A DNA stretch of 64,000 nt, taken from assembly GCA_963778945.1 (NCBI GenBank), contig CAVZWL010000005.1, forward strand, positions 70,544 through 134,543, given 5' to 3'. A model generated the notes under the pieces. It worked only from the letters and a program-made list of their open reading frames with translations, made no database searches and was not told the DNA's origin. Position 1 is the first letter of the stretch. Each line of letters opens with the position of its first letter. The position numbers were made by a program, and so were the translations under genes. Shown piece by piece: positions 1 through 9,728 of this stretch. The DNA is from Ignavibacteriota bacterium (GTDB lineage: Bacteria > Bacteroidota > Ignavibacteria > UBA10030).

Positions 1-1
1 C

Positions 2-973
2 GACTCGGATTTAAGACTTTCAGCCGTGATATTCGGCGCATGGGCGGCGGGCGGGTGGATGTGGGGCGGTACGGATATACGTGCATCGATAGAGGCAGTC
101 CGGGCATCGATCGATTTAGGCGCGACGTCGGTCGATACGGCGCCGATTTACGGACAGGGAGCGAGCGAAGAAATTGTAGGCGAGGCAATTCAAGGGATTC
201 CGCGCGACCGCATTCAGATCTTGACCAAATACGGTTTGCGCTGGGACGACACCAGAGGAACATTTTACTTCAAGAGCAGGAATAATGCAGGCAAGGAAAT
301 CGATATCTATAAATATGCCGGGAAAGAAAGCGTCATCGATGAATGCGAGAACAGCCTTCGCCGTTTAAAGACCGATTATATCGACCTCTACCAGATTCAC
401 TGGCATGATTCAACGACGCCCATTGAAGAAACTATGGAAGCCGTACAGCGGCTGATCGATCAAGGGAAAGTCCGCTCTGCGGGAGTCTGTAATTATACCG
501 TTGAATGGATCAAAACAGCAGAGAAAGTCGTGCATTGTGTTTCCAACCAAGTGCCCTACAGTATGCTTACACGGGGTATTGAAAAAGATATTATTCCATA
601 TTGTATCGAAACGCGAAAAGGTGTTCTGGCCTATAGTCCGATGGAACGCGGCCTGCTGACGGGAAAAATAAAACCGGGCTATTTTTTCGCAAAAGGAGAT
701 CACCGGGCATCACATAAATATTTTACGGCTGAAAATATCAAACGCACGAACATAGTTCTGGAAAAAATTCTGCCGGTTGCAAAAAGCAAAAATGCGTCTC
801 TCGGACAAGTGGCTCTGCGGTGGGTTCTCGATCAGCCCGGCATTACTGCAGTTCTGGCCGGCGCGAGGAATAAAGAACAAGCGATTCAGAATGTGCGTGC
901 AGCCGATCTTAAGCTGTCACCGGACGAGCATTCCGCCATCGACGCCTATCTTGCAGAATTAAAGCTCGTATAG
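2..973 (+). CDS. aldo/keto reductase family oxidoreductase (5' end lies upstream of the window; frame is open back to position 2)
   Basis: The translation has AKR hallmarks (GAWAAGGW...IDTAPIYG..., LYQIHWHD, NQVPYS, LAYSPMERGLLTGK). The first in-frame start in the window is GTG at 26, but the frame stays open upstream. Confidence 0.8.
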   Translation, partial: DSDLRLSAVIFGAWAAGGWMWGGTDIRASIEAVRASIDLGATSVDTAPIYGQGASEEIVGEAIQGIPRDRIQILTKYGLRWDDTRGTFYFKSRNNAGKEIDIYKYAGKESVIDECENSLRRLKTDYIDLYQIHWHDSTTPIEETMEAVQRLIDQGKVRSAGVCNYTVEWIKTAEKVVHCVSNQVPYSMLTRGIEKDIIPYCIETRKGVLAYSPMERGLLTGKIKPGYFFAKGDHRASHKYFTAENIKRTNIVLEKILPVAKSKNASLGQVALRWVLDQPGITAVLAGARNKEQAIQNVRAADLKLSPDEHSAIDAYLAELKLV

Positions 974-983
974 AAAAGTACAT

Positions 984-1036
984 AAAAAAGCCGCTTTTTC
1001 GAACCATGGTTCCATGATTTCGAAGGGCGGCATTTT
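984..1036. terminator. bidirectional rho-independent terminator between the convergent AKR and ferritin genes
   Basis: AAAAAAGCCGCTTTTTCGAA...TTCGAAGGGCGGCATTTTT forms a long imperfect hairpin flanked by an A-run and a T-run. The loop contains the palindrome GAACCATGGTTC. Confidence 0.5.
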
Positions 1037-1057
1037 TGTAAATGTTTGCGGCAGTTA

Positions 1058-1555
1058 TCAACCCGCCTTGCGTGCGGACAATTGACGATCGACCATCATA
1101 ACGCTGACTGGAGCATTTCCTGCTAATTCCAATGTCTGAATAATACTCGCTGCATTTTTCTCTTCTTCAACCTGCTCATTGATAAACCATTGCAGAGCGG
1201 ACTGCGTTGGGTAATCTTTTTCTTTCAACGCCAGTTCGTATAACTTGTTGATCGAGTCGGTCACTTCTTTTTCGTGTTCGAGGACTTGTTTAAAAACATC
1301 AAGGGGAGTTTTAAATTTTACAGGCGGCTGAGCGATTGCTTTTAAGATGACAGTGCCGCCGCGGTCATGAAGATAGGCAAAGAATTTCATAGCATGTGCC
1401 GTCTCTTCCTGATATTGTATTTTCATCCAATTCGAAAAACCGCCGAAGTTCTGCCCCTCAAAATAAGCCGCCATTGAAAGATAGAGATAAGCCGAATACA
1501 GTTCCTTGTTGATTTGCTCGTTGATTGCTTCCTGTATAGATTTTGTGAACATAGT
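1058..1555 (-). CDS. ferritin (non-heme, Ftn-like)
   Basis: Ferritin-like diiron motifs are present (EELYSAYLYLSMAAYFE, QYQEETAHAMKFFAYLHDRGG, QALQWFINEQVEEE). The start was moved to the internal ATG at 1555, which is preceded by a GGAGG RBS; the upstream part of the ORF does not look like protein. Confidence 0.85.
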   Translation of the reverse strand, partial: TMFTKSIQEAINEQINKELYSAYLYLSMAAYFEGQNFGGFSNWMKIQYQEETAHAMKFFAYLHDRGGTVILKAIAQPPVKFKTPLDVFKQVLEHEKEVTDSINKLYELALKEKDYPTQSALQWFINEQVEEEKNAASIIQTLELAGNAPVSVMMVDRQLSARKAG

Positions 1556-1845
1556 ACCTCCTTTTTTAGGTTTGATGAATACAACGGAAAGGAAAGAGAA
1601 AGGGTTCCCGGGCCACAATGTCCGGTGTGCTGCAATTGTTCCGTGCTGCCGCGCCGATATCTCGTTCGGGTCAGTTCTTTGGTCCTTTTGTTTATAGTCT
1701 TTGATACGCCATTATTTGAAGTGTCTCAAATTTTAATCATAACTTAAGCGTGTTAATATTGTATGCATCCGGCTCATTTATCGCCTTATATTGAATTCTT
1801 AGCAAAACGGCTGTATATTGGATATGCGAAAGGATTAAAGACAAA

Positions 1846-2154
1846 ATGCCGACATACGAATATCGATGCAGGTCTTGCGGTCATGAGTTCGAGGAACTTC
1901 AATCCATGAAAGATAAGCCCTTATCGGTTTGCCCGAAATGCGCTAAACCTGCATTAAAACGTTTGCTTTCCAGCGGAGCAGGACTGGTTTTTAAGGGAAA
2001 CGGGTTTTATCAGACGGATTACAAAAAATCGAATTCTTCCCCCTCTGCAAGTTCAAAAGGAACGGAAACGAAAAAACAAGAAAAGAAAAGCGAAACAAAA
2101 ACAGAAACAAAACCGGAAACAAAATCTTCTCCGGATACAGCCGCAAATCAATAA
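1846..2154 (+). CDS. FmdB-family zinc-ribbon protein with a K/E/T-rich low-complexity tail
   Basis: The N-terminus MPTYEYRCRSCGHEFE...CPKC has the CxxC...CxxC zinc-ribbon arrangement typical of the FmdB family. Confidence 0.7.
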   Translation: MPTYEYRCRSCGHEFEELQSMKDKPLSVCPKCAKPALKRLLSSGAGLVFKGNGFYQTDYKKSNSSPSASSKGTETKKQEKKSETKTETKPETKSSPDTAANQ

Positions 2155-2175
2155 ATTTGTGAAGAATGACCGGAA

Positions 2176-2200
2176 AGCCTCGATTCTTTAATCGGGGCTT
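2176..2200. terminator. hairpin terminator between convergent FmdB (+) and tyrA (-)
   Basis: AGCCTCGATTCTTTAATCGGGGCT forms a stem (with one G-U pair) followed by TTTGTGTTT. Confidence 0.45.
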
Positions 2201-2206
2201 TTGTGT

Positions 2207-3313
2207 TTAGAGTCCGCCTGTCTCGAATTTTGCCTTGCGTAATATGGCTTGAGCTTTCTTAGCTGCCGATCTGTTTTCGAATGAAAGCAAAAAAGTTCCT
2301 CCGCGCCCTTCGCGTACTTTCAAGAGCTCCAGATCTTTGACGTTCAAGCCGGCCTTTGCAAGAAGTGTGGTAAGCCGTGCAAGCTGTCCAGGCCGGTCAT
2401 CGACAAACACAGGCAGGCCGACCAGCGGAGAAAGGAAACCCTTCATGGAGGGCGGGATGCGAGAGCGCAGCAGACGTGAAGATTTAAAATCGTTTTTCAG
2501 CCTTCGCGGATCCCTCCGTACATCGCGTGCGATGCGGCGAAGCAATGAGATATACAAATCCAATGCTTCGGCAATATCGTGTTTGTTCGCCTGAAGAATA
2601 TCCCGCCACATCTCGAATCGGCTCGATGCAATACGGGTCATATCGCGGAATCCGCCGGCAGCTAATCCGAGGTGCCGCGGATGCCTGCGCCCGGCCATGT
2701 TCATCAAAGCCACAGCTGCGAGCTGCGGTACATGACTGACCGCCGCAACAACTTTATCGTGGACATTCGGATCGAGAACAACGACGCGTGCATCGAGCGC
2801 CGAAAAAAATTGCGCAAGTTTCTTTGTATTCTGTCCGGTTGCTTCCGCAGAGGGCGTGATGAGATAGATGGCATTTTGAAAAAGAAGCGGGTGTGCGGCA
2901 TCGATGCCTGAAAATTCCGCGCCCGTCATCGGGTGTCCGCCGATAAAATTGCCCCCAGGGAAGAACGTCCGGGCTTTTTCCGTAATGGCGCCTTTTACGC
3001 TGCCGGTATCGGTCACGATCGTCCGTGGTGTACAGTATTTTGCAATCATGGGGAGCAATCGCAGTATTTGATCGACGGGAGCTGCCGCAATGACAAGATC
3101 GGCGCCGGAAACGGCGCGCTGGAGAGATTGTTCCGGAATATCGATTGCTTTTCGCTGTACGGCGCGGCGGAGAACCTTGATAGTATCGACCCCCGTGATG
3201 CGGGCGGAAGGAAAACGCTGCTTGACTGCGAGAGCAAGCGATCCGCCGATAAGCCCGACACCGATAACGGTGATATTTCGGAACGGAATCTGTTGTGAGC
3301 GTCGGCGCGGCAT
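2207..3313 (-). CDS. tyrA: prephenate dehydrogenase with C-terminal ACT domain
   Basis: A Rossmann motif (VIGVGLIGGSLA) and the PDH core (GGHPMTG, HDKVVAAVSHVPQ) are followed by an ACT-like tail. The start was set at the ATG at 3313 (MPRRR...); the upstream 126 codons of the ORF are Arg/Cys-rich noise overlapping the neighbouring gene. Confidence 0.85.
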   Translation of the reverse strand: MPRRRSQQIPFRNITVIGVGLIGGSLALAVKQRFPSARITGVDTIKVLRRAVQRKAIDIPEQSLQRAVSGADLVIAAAPVDQILRLLPMIAKYCTPRTIVTDTGSVKGAITEKARTFFPGGNFIGGHPMTGAEFSGIDAAHPLLFQNAIYLITPSAEATGQNTKKLAQFFSALDARVVVLDPNVHDKVVAAVSHVPQLAAVALMNMAGRRHPRHLGLAAGGFRDMTRIASSRFEMWRDILQANKHDIAEALDLYISLLRRIARDVRRDPRRLKNDFKSSRLLRSRIPPSMKGFLSPLVGLPVFVDDRPGQLARLTTLLAKAGLNVKDLELLKVREGRGGTFLLSFENRSAAKKAQAILRKAKFETGGL

Positions 3314-3321
3314 GAGCTTCG

Positions 3322-4338
3322 TTATGCTATGCTTCGTCCGATTGCTGCAGCGATCAAACGAATTTCTTTCATCATCTGTGCGAATTGATCGGGGAACAGC
3401 GATTGTGCGCCGTCCGATAATGCGTGATCCGGATCCTGATGGACCTCCACCATAATGCCGTCCGCTCCGGCAGCGACAGCAGCGCGCGCCATCGGTATAA
3501 CCTTGTCCCGAATTCCAATTCCATGCGATGGATCTGCGAATATGGGCAGGTGGCTTTTTTTCTTGATGACAGGAATTGCGCTGATGTCCATTGTATTTCG
3601 CGTCGCTGTTTCGAACGTGCGTATGCCGCGCTCGCAGAGAATAACCTGTTGATTGCCGCCGGACAAAATATATTCCGCAGCCATCAGCCATTCTTCTATA
3701 GTTGCTGCAAGGCCGCGCTTGAGCATGACAGGTTTCGATGCCTTTCCGAGGTCTTTGAGAAATGTATAGTTCTGCATGTTCCGGGCGCCGATCTGCAAAA
3801 TATCGCAGTATTTTTCCACCTCGTCGATCTGGCTTCGGTCCATGACTTCCGTAACGACTTTCAGTCCGTATTCATCTGCGGCAGCGCGGAGAAGTTTAAG
3901 TCCCTCCACGCCCATTCCTTGAAAGGAATACGGCGACGTGCGCGGTTTGTATGCGCCTCCGCGCAGAATTTTTGCGCCTGCAGCGGATACTTTCTGTGCA
4001 ACTGTAAAAATTTGTTTTTCGCTCTCAACGGAGCACGGTCCCGCCATAACGACGACGGCATCTCCGCCGATCACGACTCCTCCGATTGAGTAAACCGATC
4101 CTTCCCGTTTAAAAGCGCGGCTCGCAAGCTTGAACGGCTCCGTAATGCGGATGACCTCTGCAACTCCCGGAAGGACTTCTATCTGCCGGTGATCGTATTC
4201 CGGATGGACGCCGATAGCGCCGAGCACGGTATGCTCAATGCCTGTGGAGCGGTGAATATCGAATCCATGTTCTTGAAGGACGCGGATGATATCTTCGATT
4301 TGTTTTTCTGTTACGTTATTTTCGAGAACGATGACCAT
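3322..4338 (-). CDS. 3-deoxy-7-phosphoheptulonate (DAHP) synthase, Thermotoga-type I-beta with N-terminal ferredoxin-like regulatory domain
   Basis: The catalytic core matches DAHPS/KDO8PS class I-beta ([69 protein letters not shown]). About 80 N-terminal residues form the regulatory domain. The start was chosen at MVIVLENN (4338); the MKITY start at 4383 is also possible. Confidence 0.85.
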   Translation of the reverse strand: MVIVLENNVTEKQIEDIIRVLQEHGFDIHRSTGIEHTVLGAIGVHPEYDHRQIEVLPGVAEVIRITEPFKLASRAFKREGSVYSIGGVVIGGDAVVVMAGPCSVESEKQIFTVAQKVSAAGAKILRGGAYKPRTSPYSFQGMGVEGLKLLRAAADEYGLKVVTEVMDRSQIDEVEKYCDILQIGARNMQNYTFLKDLGKASKPVMLKRGLAATIEEWLMAAEYILSGGNQQVILCERGIRTFETATRNTMDISAIPVIKKKSHLPIFADPSHGIGIRDKVIPMARAAVAAGADGIMVEVHQDPDHALSDGAQSLFPDQFAQMMKEIRLIAAAIGRSIA

Positions 4339-4442
4339 AAGATTTATAGGCGATTGTATAATTGATGAGTATGTGATTTTCAATTCAATTGATGCGTTTG
4401 CCGGTCCGTGATATTCCGGAACTTGCCTATGCTTCAGTTTTT

Positions 4443-5248
4443 TTATTCGTACCGGTCGAGTTTAAAATTCTCTCCAAGATATAATTTACGAGCTTCCGGG
4501 TCATTTGCAAGGTATTCGGCTGTTCCGGACTTTAATATTTTTCCTTCGAACAGGAGATAGGACCGGTCGGTAATCGACAAGGTTTCATGAACGTTATGAT
4601 CCGTAATAAGAATGCCGATGTTTTTCTCCTTCAATTTTAGTACAATATGCATAATATCTTCAACGGCGATCGGATCGATGCCTGCAAATGGTTCGTCCAG
4701 GAGCATGAATTTCGGATCCAAAGCCAGCGAACGGGCGATCTCGGTCCTCCGGCGTTCTCCGCCGGAAAGTACGTAGCCGGGGCTCTTTTGAACTTGAAGA
4801 AGCCCGAATTCGTCCAAAAGGCCGCATGCATTTTTCTTCCTGTTCCTTTTTGGAGAGAGAAGTTGTTTGAAGAACGGCAAGAACATTGTCATGAACCGAA
4901 AGCCTGCGGAAGACAGAAGCTTCCTGCGGCAAATAACCGATGCCGAGCCGTGCTCTCTTGTACATCGGCAATGTCGTGATTTCCCTTTCTTCAAGGAACG
5001 CTTTTCCGCCGTTCGGGCGAATCATTCCGACGATCATATAGAACGTCGTCGTTTTGCCGGCTCCGTTCGGTCCCGAGCAGGCCCACGATTTCTCCCTGCC
5101 GTACATCGATGCTGACATCGTTCACGACAACGCGTTTTTTGTACCGCTTCACGAGTGATTCGGAACACAGCACTCTTCGCACTGCCGTGTCTGCGGGAGG
5201 AATATGTTCGGACGATGATTTTTCTTCTTTTCTTGTCATGAATGTCAT
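4443..5248 (-). CDS. lptB: LPS export ABC transporter ATP-binding protein LptB, interrupted by two single-base frameshifts
   Basis: Three ORF fragments in different frames align colinearly to LptB: Walker A (GLLG|PNGAGKTT), the signature motif (LSGGERRR) and Walker B ([10 protein letters not shown]). Junction 1 lies in the CCC run at about 5072-5074, where removing one base restores [11 protein letters not shown]. Junction 2 lies in the T5 run at about 4831-4835. Confidence 0.85.
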
Positions 5249-6541
5249 TGGCTCACAATTGTAATCCCGGTGCGTTTCGGTTTATTATCCAGCAGCCGGA
5301 AACCGTCCAGGTTATATTCCGATTCCCGCTTGTTCAGCATTTTTTCGGGAAAATATTGGCCTTCCACGTCTCTGACGACTTTAATACGGTCGATTTCCCC
5401 TTTGTTAAAATAGATATGAATTTTGTCGCCGCTGGATTTATTGGCGCCGTTCGGATCTTTCTTATCATAGATATAATAAAAACTCGTCGCATTTTGAAAC
5501 ACATCGATCTGCTGCACTTTATTTGCTGAGAAGTGCATCATCAATTGACGGCCGGTCAATTGATTGAACCTCGCAGGACGCAGGGAGTCTGCCGGCGAAA
5601 CTGCCATCGCGTGCCCGTGGACATAAAGACGCTTTAATTTTTTATTCTGCAGACGGATAAAAATTGAGTCGCCGGTAATTTGATTGTCGCTGCTCCAGAT
5701 GACCGGCCGTTGGCGGAGAATAATGCTGTCTTTTTTGACCAGAAACGTCGCTTCCCCGCATCGGGAAGCCATATCGGCCCGAATCATCTGAACATTGTCG
5801 TAGGCAAGGACGCGTTCGAGTGAATCTTTATAAGAGTGAATCAGAACAGCAGTGATAACCGTCGTATCGATAATGCCGCTCTCAGATGTATCGAATTGTA
5901 CGAGGCGCGGATGTTTGGCGGCAGATGTAAACTGCGTCATCTCTGAATGCAAGAGCGAATCCCCGTAAATATTTGTCCCGTTCGTTCGATCGATGACATG
6001 TGCTGAATCGAGAGCAATTGATTGGCGGGATTCTTCGAAGTACTGCAGATCGCGGCAGGTAATGATGGAGTTTGAATCGACGAGGACAACATTTTCTATA
6101 AACTCGGAATGTTTTGCATCCACATAGTATTTGCCGATTTTTGATGTCAAGATTGTGGAGCCGCGTTCAAGTCGTACGCCGCTGAATGTCTCCATGTAGC
6201 GGCGGTTGCCGTAATACACGCCCTCGTCCGAGTAACAGCGTTGAACTGTCGCGGACGACTTTGACGCGGCCGAAAAGCTCTATTTTATTTTGAACAACGT
6301 ACCGGAGCGCCCTGTCGCACCATACATGAACCAATCCGCCGGATTCCATCGGCTGAACAAAATAGACATGGCCGGTCAGTTCGCGAACCTCTTCTCCGTT
6401 GATAACTTTTCCCTCGAGGCGGTCTGCGGAGCGGAGATCGATCATTTTGCCGTTCTGCGCCGGAAGAGCCGCCGGTAAAACACAAAGCAGCAGAATGGAG
6501 AGCAGCCATAAGGAAATATCGTTCTGCTTTACGGGTTCCAT
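5245..6541 (-). CDS. large OstA-like/LptA-family periplasmic protein (about 430 aa) with an apparent frameshift near 6200-6260
   Basis: The N-terminal fragment has a signal peptide plus an OstA_N-like strand pattern (MIDLRSADRLEGKVINGEEVRELTGHVYFVQ). The downstream fragment continues in another frame and begins at a GTG. The gene sits between lptC and lptB, as in canonical clusters. Confidence 0.6.
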
Positions 6542-7083
6542 TGTGATTGCGCCTTGCCTGAAACTTGAAATATACGATAATGTTTCAAGTTTTGGTCCGA
6601 TTCAAAACCGTGTCCTTGAAGTTTTTCTTTGGGAGTTGTAATGGAAACGAAATCCGGCGTAAAAATAAGCTGGCGCCTGTCGCTCCAGAAGAGATGTTCC
6701 GAACGCAGGTGCGACGAATCGCTCGACACAACGAGAACATTTTTCTTAGCTTCCAGATCGTTCGTATTTTCATCGACGGTGCCTTCATCGCTTGTCAAAT
6801 GCGATGTCTCCTGTCCAGTTGCTCCGAAGAACCGGACATAAACGCCGCTGCGAAGTTCCGTTTGCTGTGTTGAATCGTACATGCGGATATTCCCGGCTCG
6901 AATGATGGCGCGGATCCGTCCCGAATCGGAAACTGTGATTGTGCTATTCCAGCTTTCCTGCTGGGGCAGGGAGCGGCTGTCGCCTGCGGCGAGTACGGAC
7001 GGTTTGATTTTTTCTTCGCACGATGGAAAGAGAAGAAGAAAAGAAAAAAAGGCCAAAACTTTGCTGGAGCGCCCGCTGATCAT
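6529..7083 (-). CDS. lptC: LptC-like lipoprotein of the LPS export system
   Basis: The protein is 184 aa with a signal peptide/lipobox region (LLLFPSC) and a size and beta-rich composition typical of LptC. It is positioned between kdsD and the LptA-like gene. Confidence 0.6.
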   Translation of the reverse strand: MISGRSSKVLAFFSFLLLFPSCEEKIKPSVLAAGDSRSLPQQESWNSTITVSDSGRIRAIIRAGNIRMYDSTQQTELRSGVYVRFFGATGQETSHLTSDEGTVDENTNDLEAKKNVLVVSSDSSHLRSEHLFWSDRRQLIFTPDFVSITTPKEKLQGHGFESDQNLKHYRIFQVSGKAQSQWNP

Positions 7084-8072
7084 ACGGTTGAATCTCCATG
7101 GAGTCCGGCTTCTACCAGATCATGAAGATGCAGAATGCCTGCGGGCTTGCGATCAGCGTCGACTACCACGAACTGTGTAATCTTGTACGTCTCCATCATT
7201 GCAAGCGCGCGCGCTGCGAGGAGGGAAGGCTGAATCGTTTTCGGATTCTTTGTCATGACCTGGCCTGCGGTAAGGTTTGCGATGTTCGTTGTATGCTGCA
7301 GCAAGCGCCGCAAATCGCCGTCCGTGATAATGCCTGCGAGTAATCCTTTGTCGTCCACAACGCACGTGGCGCCTAACCGTTTGGATGAAATTTCGACGAT
7401 TGCATCGGAAAGTGAAACCGACTCTCTGACAATCGGAATGTCTTTACCGGATATCATCAGTGATTCGACTTTGAGGAACAGCTGCTTTCCGAGATTGCCT
7501 CCCGGATGGAAAAAAGCAAAATCTTCCTTGGTAAAATCGCGTTTTTGCAGCAGTGCAATTGCCAGTGCATCTCCCATGACGAGCGCTGCGGTTGTGGACG
7601 AGGTCGGTGCAAGGTCGTGCGGGCAGGCTTCTTCTTTAACTCCCGTATCGAGAACGATATCGCACTGACGTGCAAGAATGGAATTTGCATTGCCGAGAAG
7701 AGCGATGATTCGGACGCCGATTTGTTTAAGCATGGGCAGTAATTTATTCACTTCTTCCGTATCCCCGCTTTTGGAAATGCAAATAACGACATCTTCCGGC
7801 GTCACAACGCCGAGGTCGCCGTGAAGGGCATCCGAGGGGTGGAGAAACAACGACGGGGTTCCCGTCGAATTCATCGTTGCAGAAATTTTTCGCGCAATAA
7901 TGCCGGATTTTCCCATGCCGGTGATGACAACCCTGCCTCTTGAATTGAAAATCATTTCAACGGCTTTCGAGAAGTTATCGTCGATGTGATGTTCGAGAGC
8001 GGCAATCGCTTCTGCTTCGATGCGAACAACAAGTTTTCCGTTTTCTATTGAAGAAGCCATTTTAGTTATCAT
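7080..8072 (-). CDS. kdsD: arabinose-5-phosphate isomerase (KpsF/GutQ family; SIS + tandem CBS)
   Basis: The SIS motifs (GMGKSGIIARKISATMNSTGTPS, ISKSGDTEE) are followed by two CBS domains. Confidence 0.85.
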   Translation of the reverse strand: MITKMASSIENGKLVVRIEAEAIAALEHHIDDNFSKAVEMIFNSRGRVVITGMGKSGIIARKISATMNSTGTPSLFLHPSDALHGDLGVVTPEDVVICISKSGDTEEVNKLLPMLKQIGVRIIALLGNANSILARQCDIVLDTGVKEEACPHDLAPTSSTTAALVMGDALAIALLQKRDFTKEDFAFFHPGGNLGKQLFLKVESLMISGKDIPIVRESVSLSDAIVEISSKRLGATCVVDDKGLLAGIITDGDLRRLLQHTTNIANLTAGQVMTKNPKTIQPSLLAARALAMMETYKITQFVVVDADRKPAGILHLHDLVEAGLHGDSTV

Positions 8073-8148
8073 TTATCAGTTATCAGTTGTCAGTTCCATT
8101 TACCATTTACCATTCACCATTTACTCTTCATACCTTACCCTTTACTGC
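8061..8148. repeat. 7-bp-period tandem array (TATCAGT x2, TGTCAGT, TCCATTT, ACCATTT, ACCATTC, ACCATTT ...). It is the reverse orientation of the GTAAATG/GTGAATG family and lies in the kdsD-kdsC spacer.
   Basis: Read directly from the sequence. The units are 7 nt, drift by single substitutions, and are the reverse complement of the array at 23717-23883. Confidence 0.8.
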
Positions 8149-8637
8149 TTTTAAAATCATATCGATGACTTCACGCACGGCTCCGTCGCCACCGCGATGG
8201 CTGCAGACGTAATGAACCTTTTTTTTCACCTGATTCATTCCGTTTGCGGGAGCCGCGGAAAATCCGGCACGCTGAAGAACCGGCAGATCGAACTCATCGT
8301 CTCCAATATAAGCTATTTCCCTATCCTGCAAAGAGTATTTCGTCTTGATTGCTTCATACACGCTCAACTTGTCTTCAAGATTCTGATGTACTTCGGTTAT
8401 GCCGAGATCCTGCGCGCGGCGTTCGACGATTTTTGAAATACGGCCTGTTATAATTCCTGCTTGAAGTCCGGCGCGATGCAGCTTGACGATTCCGTACCCG
8501 TCCTGGATATTGAATTTTTTGCATTCATCGCCGCTGTTCGAATAATAAATTCCGCCGTCGGTCATGACGCCGTCGACATCGAGAAGAAGAAACTTGATCG
8601 GGCGGAGCCGTCTATTCAAAGATGAAATTTTCGGCAC
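8128..8637 (-). CDS. kdsC: 3-deoxy-D-manno-octulosonate 8-phosphate phosphatase (HAD-IIIA)
   Basis: HAD motif I (LLLDVDGVMTDG) and the conserved GDD motif (GDDEFDLP) are present, and the 169-aa length matches KdsC. Confidence 0.8.
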   Translation of the reverse strand: MPKISSLNRRLRPIKFLLLDVDGVMTDGGIYYSNSGDECKKFNIQDGYGIVKLHRAGLQAGIITGRISKIVERRAQDLGITEVHQNLEDKLSVYEAIKTKYSLQDREIAYIGDDEFDLPVLQRAGFSAAPANGMNQVKKKVHYVCSHRGGDGAVREVIDMILKAVKGKV

Positions 8638-8643
8638 AAGAGT

Positions 8644-9492
8644 CTACCATGTTCGTACGAGTTCGTCGATTGCTTTTACCTGCGCCAGGAGTTCCTCTAC
8701 ACGATCCAGCTTGAGCTGACTGGCGGCGTCGCTGAACGCTTTTGACGGGTCGGGATGAGTTTCGATGAAGAGCGCATCGCACCCTGCAGCTACACCGGCG
8801 CGGGCAATCGGAAAAATAAATTCGGGCTGTCCGCCGCTTTGTGTTACAGCTCCTCCGGGCAGCTGCACGGAATGTGTGGCATCAAGGACAACCGGGTACC
8901 CCGATGCGCGCATAATCGGCAGCGAGCGTATATCGACAACCAGATTGTGATAGCCGAAGGTTGTTCCGCGCTCGGTCAGGAGAATGGCGTCATTGCCGGT
9001 TCCGGAAACTTTTTTTGCGGCAAGGTACATATCTTCCGGCGCTACGAATTGTCCTTTTTTAATATTGACGGCTTTTCCCGTTTTTCCGGCTGCCTCCAGC
9101 AATTCGGTTTGCCGGCAGAGGAATGCAGGAATCTGAAGTACATCGACCGTTTGAGCGGCCATGGCAGCCTCTTCCGGGGAATGAATATCGGTCAGGAGGG
9201 GAATCTGAAATTCGCGCTTGACGTCCGCCAGAATGGCGAGCGCTTTTTCTTCACCGAGCGTGGTAAAAGAATCGCCGCTTGTACGGTTCGCTTTCTTATA
9301 CGAAGCCTTAAAAATAAATGGAATTTGCAGCCGGTCCGTAACTGTCTTGAGTGTTTCGGCAGTCTGAAAAACGATATCCCGGTTTTCGACCACGCAAGGG
9401 CCGGCTATAAGGACAAGTGGATTCCCGCCGCCGACGAAAAATGAACCGATTTGAATACTTTTTGTTTGATGGTTTTTCATATACGCTGACAA
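8644..9492 (-). CDS. kdsA: 2-dehydro-3-deoxyphosphooctonate aldolase (KDO8P synthase)
   Basis: The protein is 282 aa and carries the class I DAHPS/KDO8PS motifs (GPCVVEN, KASYKKANRTS, LTDIHS, LQIPAFLCRQT, KKGQF, TERG, VLDATHSVQ). Confidence 0.85.
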   Translation of the reverse strand: MSAYMKNHQTKSIQIGSFFVGGGNPLVLIAGPCVVENRDIVFQTAETLKTVTDRLQIPFIFKASYKKANRTSGDSFTTLGEEKALAILADVKREFQIPLLTDIHSPEEAAMAAQTVDVLQIPAFLCRQTELLEAAGKTGKAVNIKKGQFVAPEDMYLAAKKVSGTGNDAILLTERGTTFGYHNLVVDIRSLPIMRASGYPVVLDATHSVQLPGGAVTQSGGQPEFIFPIARAGVAAGCDALFIETHPDPSKAFSDAASQLKLDRVEELLAQVKAIDELVRTW

Positions 9493-9728
9493 AAAATACG
9501 AAAAAATGGGGGAACAATCAAAGTTGAATCGACAAGCCGTTTACACCAGTAAAATGACCGTAATAACTTCTTCATGAGCGTTTTAGTCACTCAAGAAACG
9601 ACCTTTTGACGCTGAAGCATCTTTATATCGAGCAAAACACTATGATAGGGAAAAATTTCCTGCCGGGTCCTTTGGTCGTTCCCTGAAATGCTCCGCTGGT
9701 TGTTCATGCGGAAGAGTGCTATTCCTTT

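Noticed and set aside
3424-4089. 221-aa + strand ORF
   Set aside because: It is antisense to the well-supported DAHP synthase gene. The same applies to 8755-9444 (antisense to kdsA), 21008-21649 (ispE), 32104-32988 (lepA), 43159-43854 (polyprenyl synthase), 44218-44856 (ptsH/ptsI), 54556-55269 (fabH/fabD) and 60375-61031 (gcvP).
4443-5248. lptB as a genuine pseudogene
   Set aside because: Both breaks are single-base changes in homopolymers, the gene is essential in diderms, and more than 25 other conserved genes show the same pattern. The breaks are treated as assembly errors.
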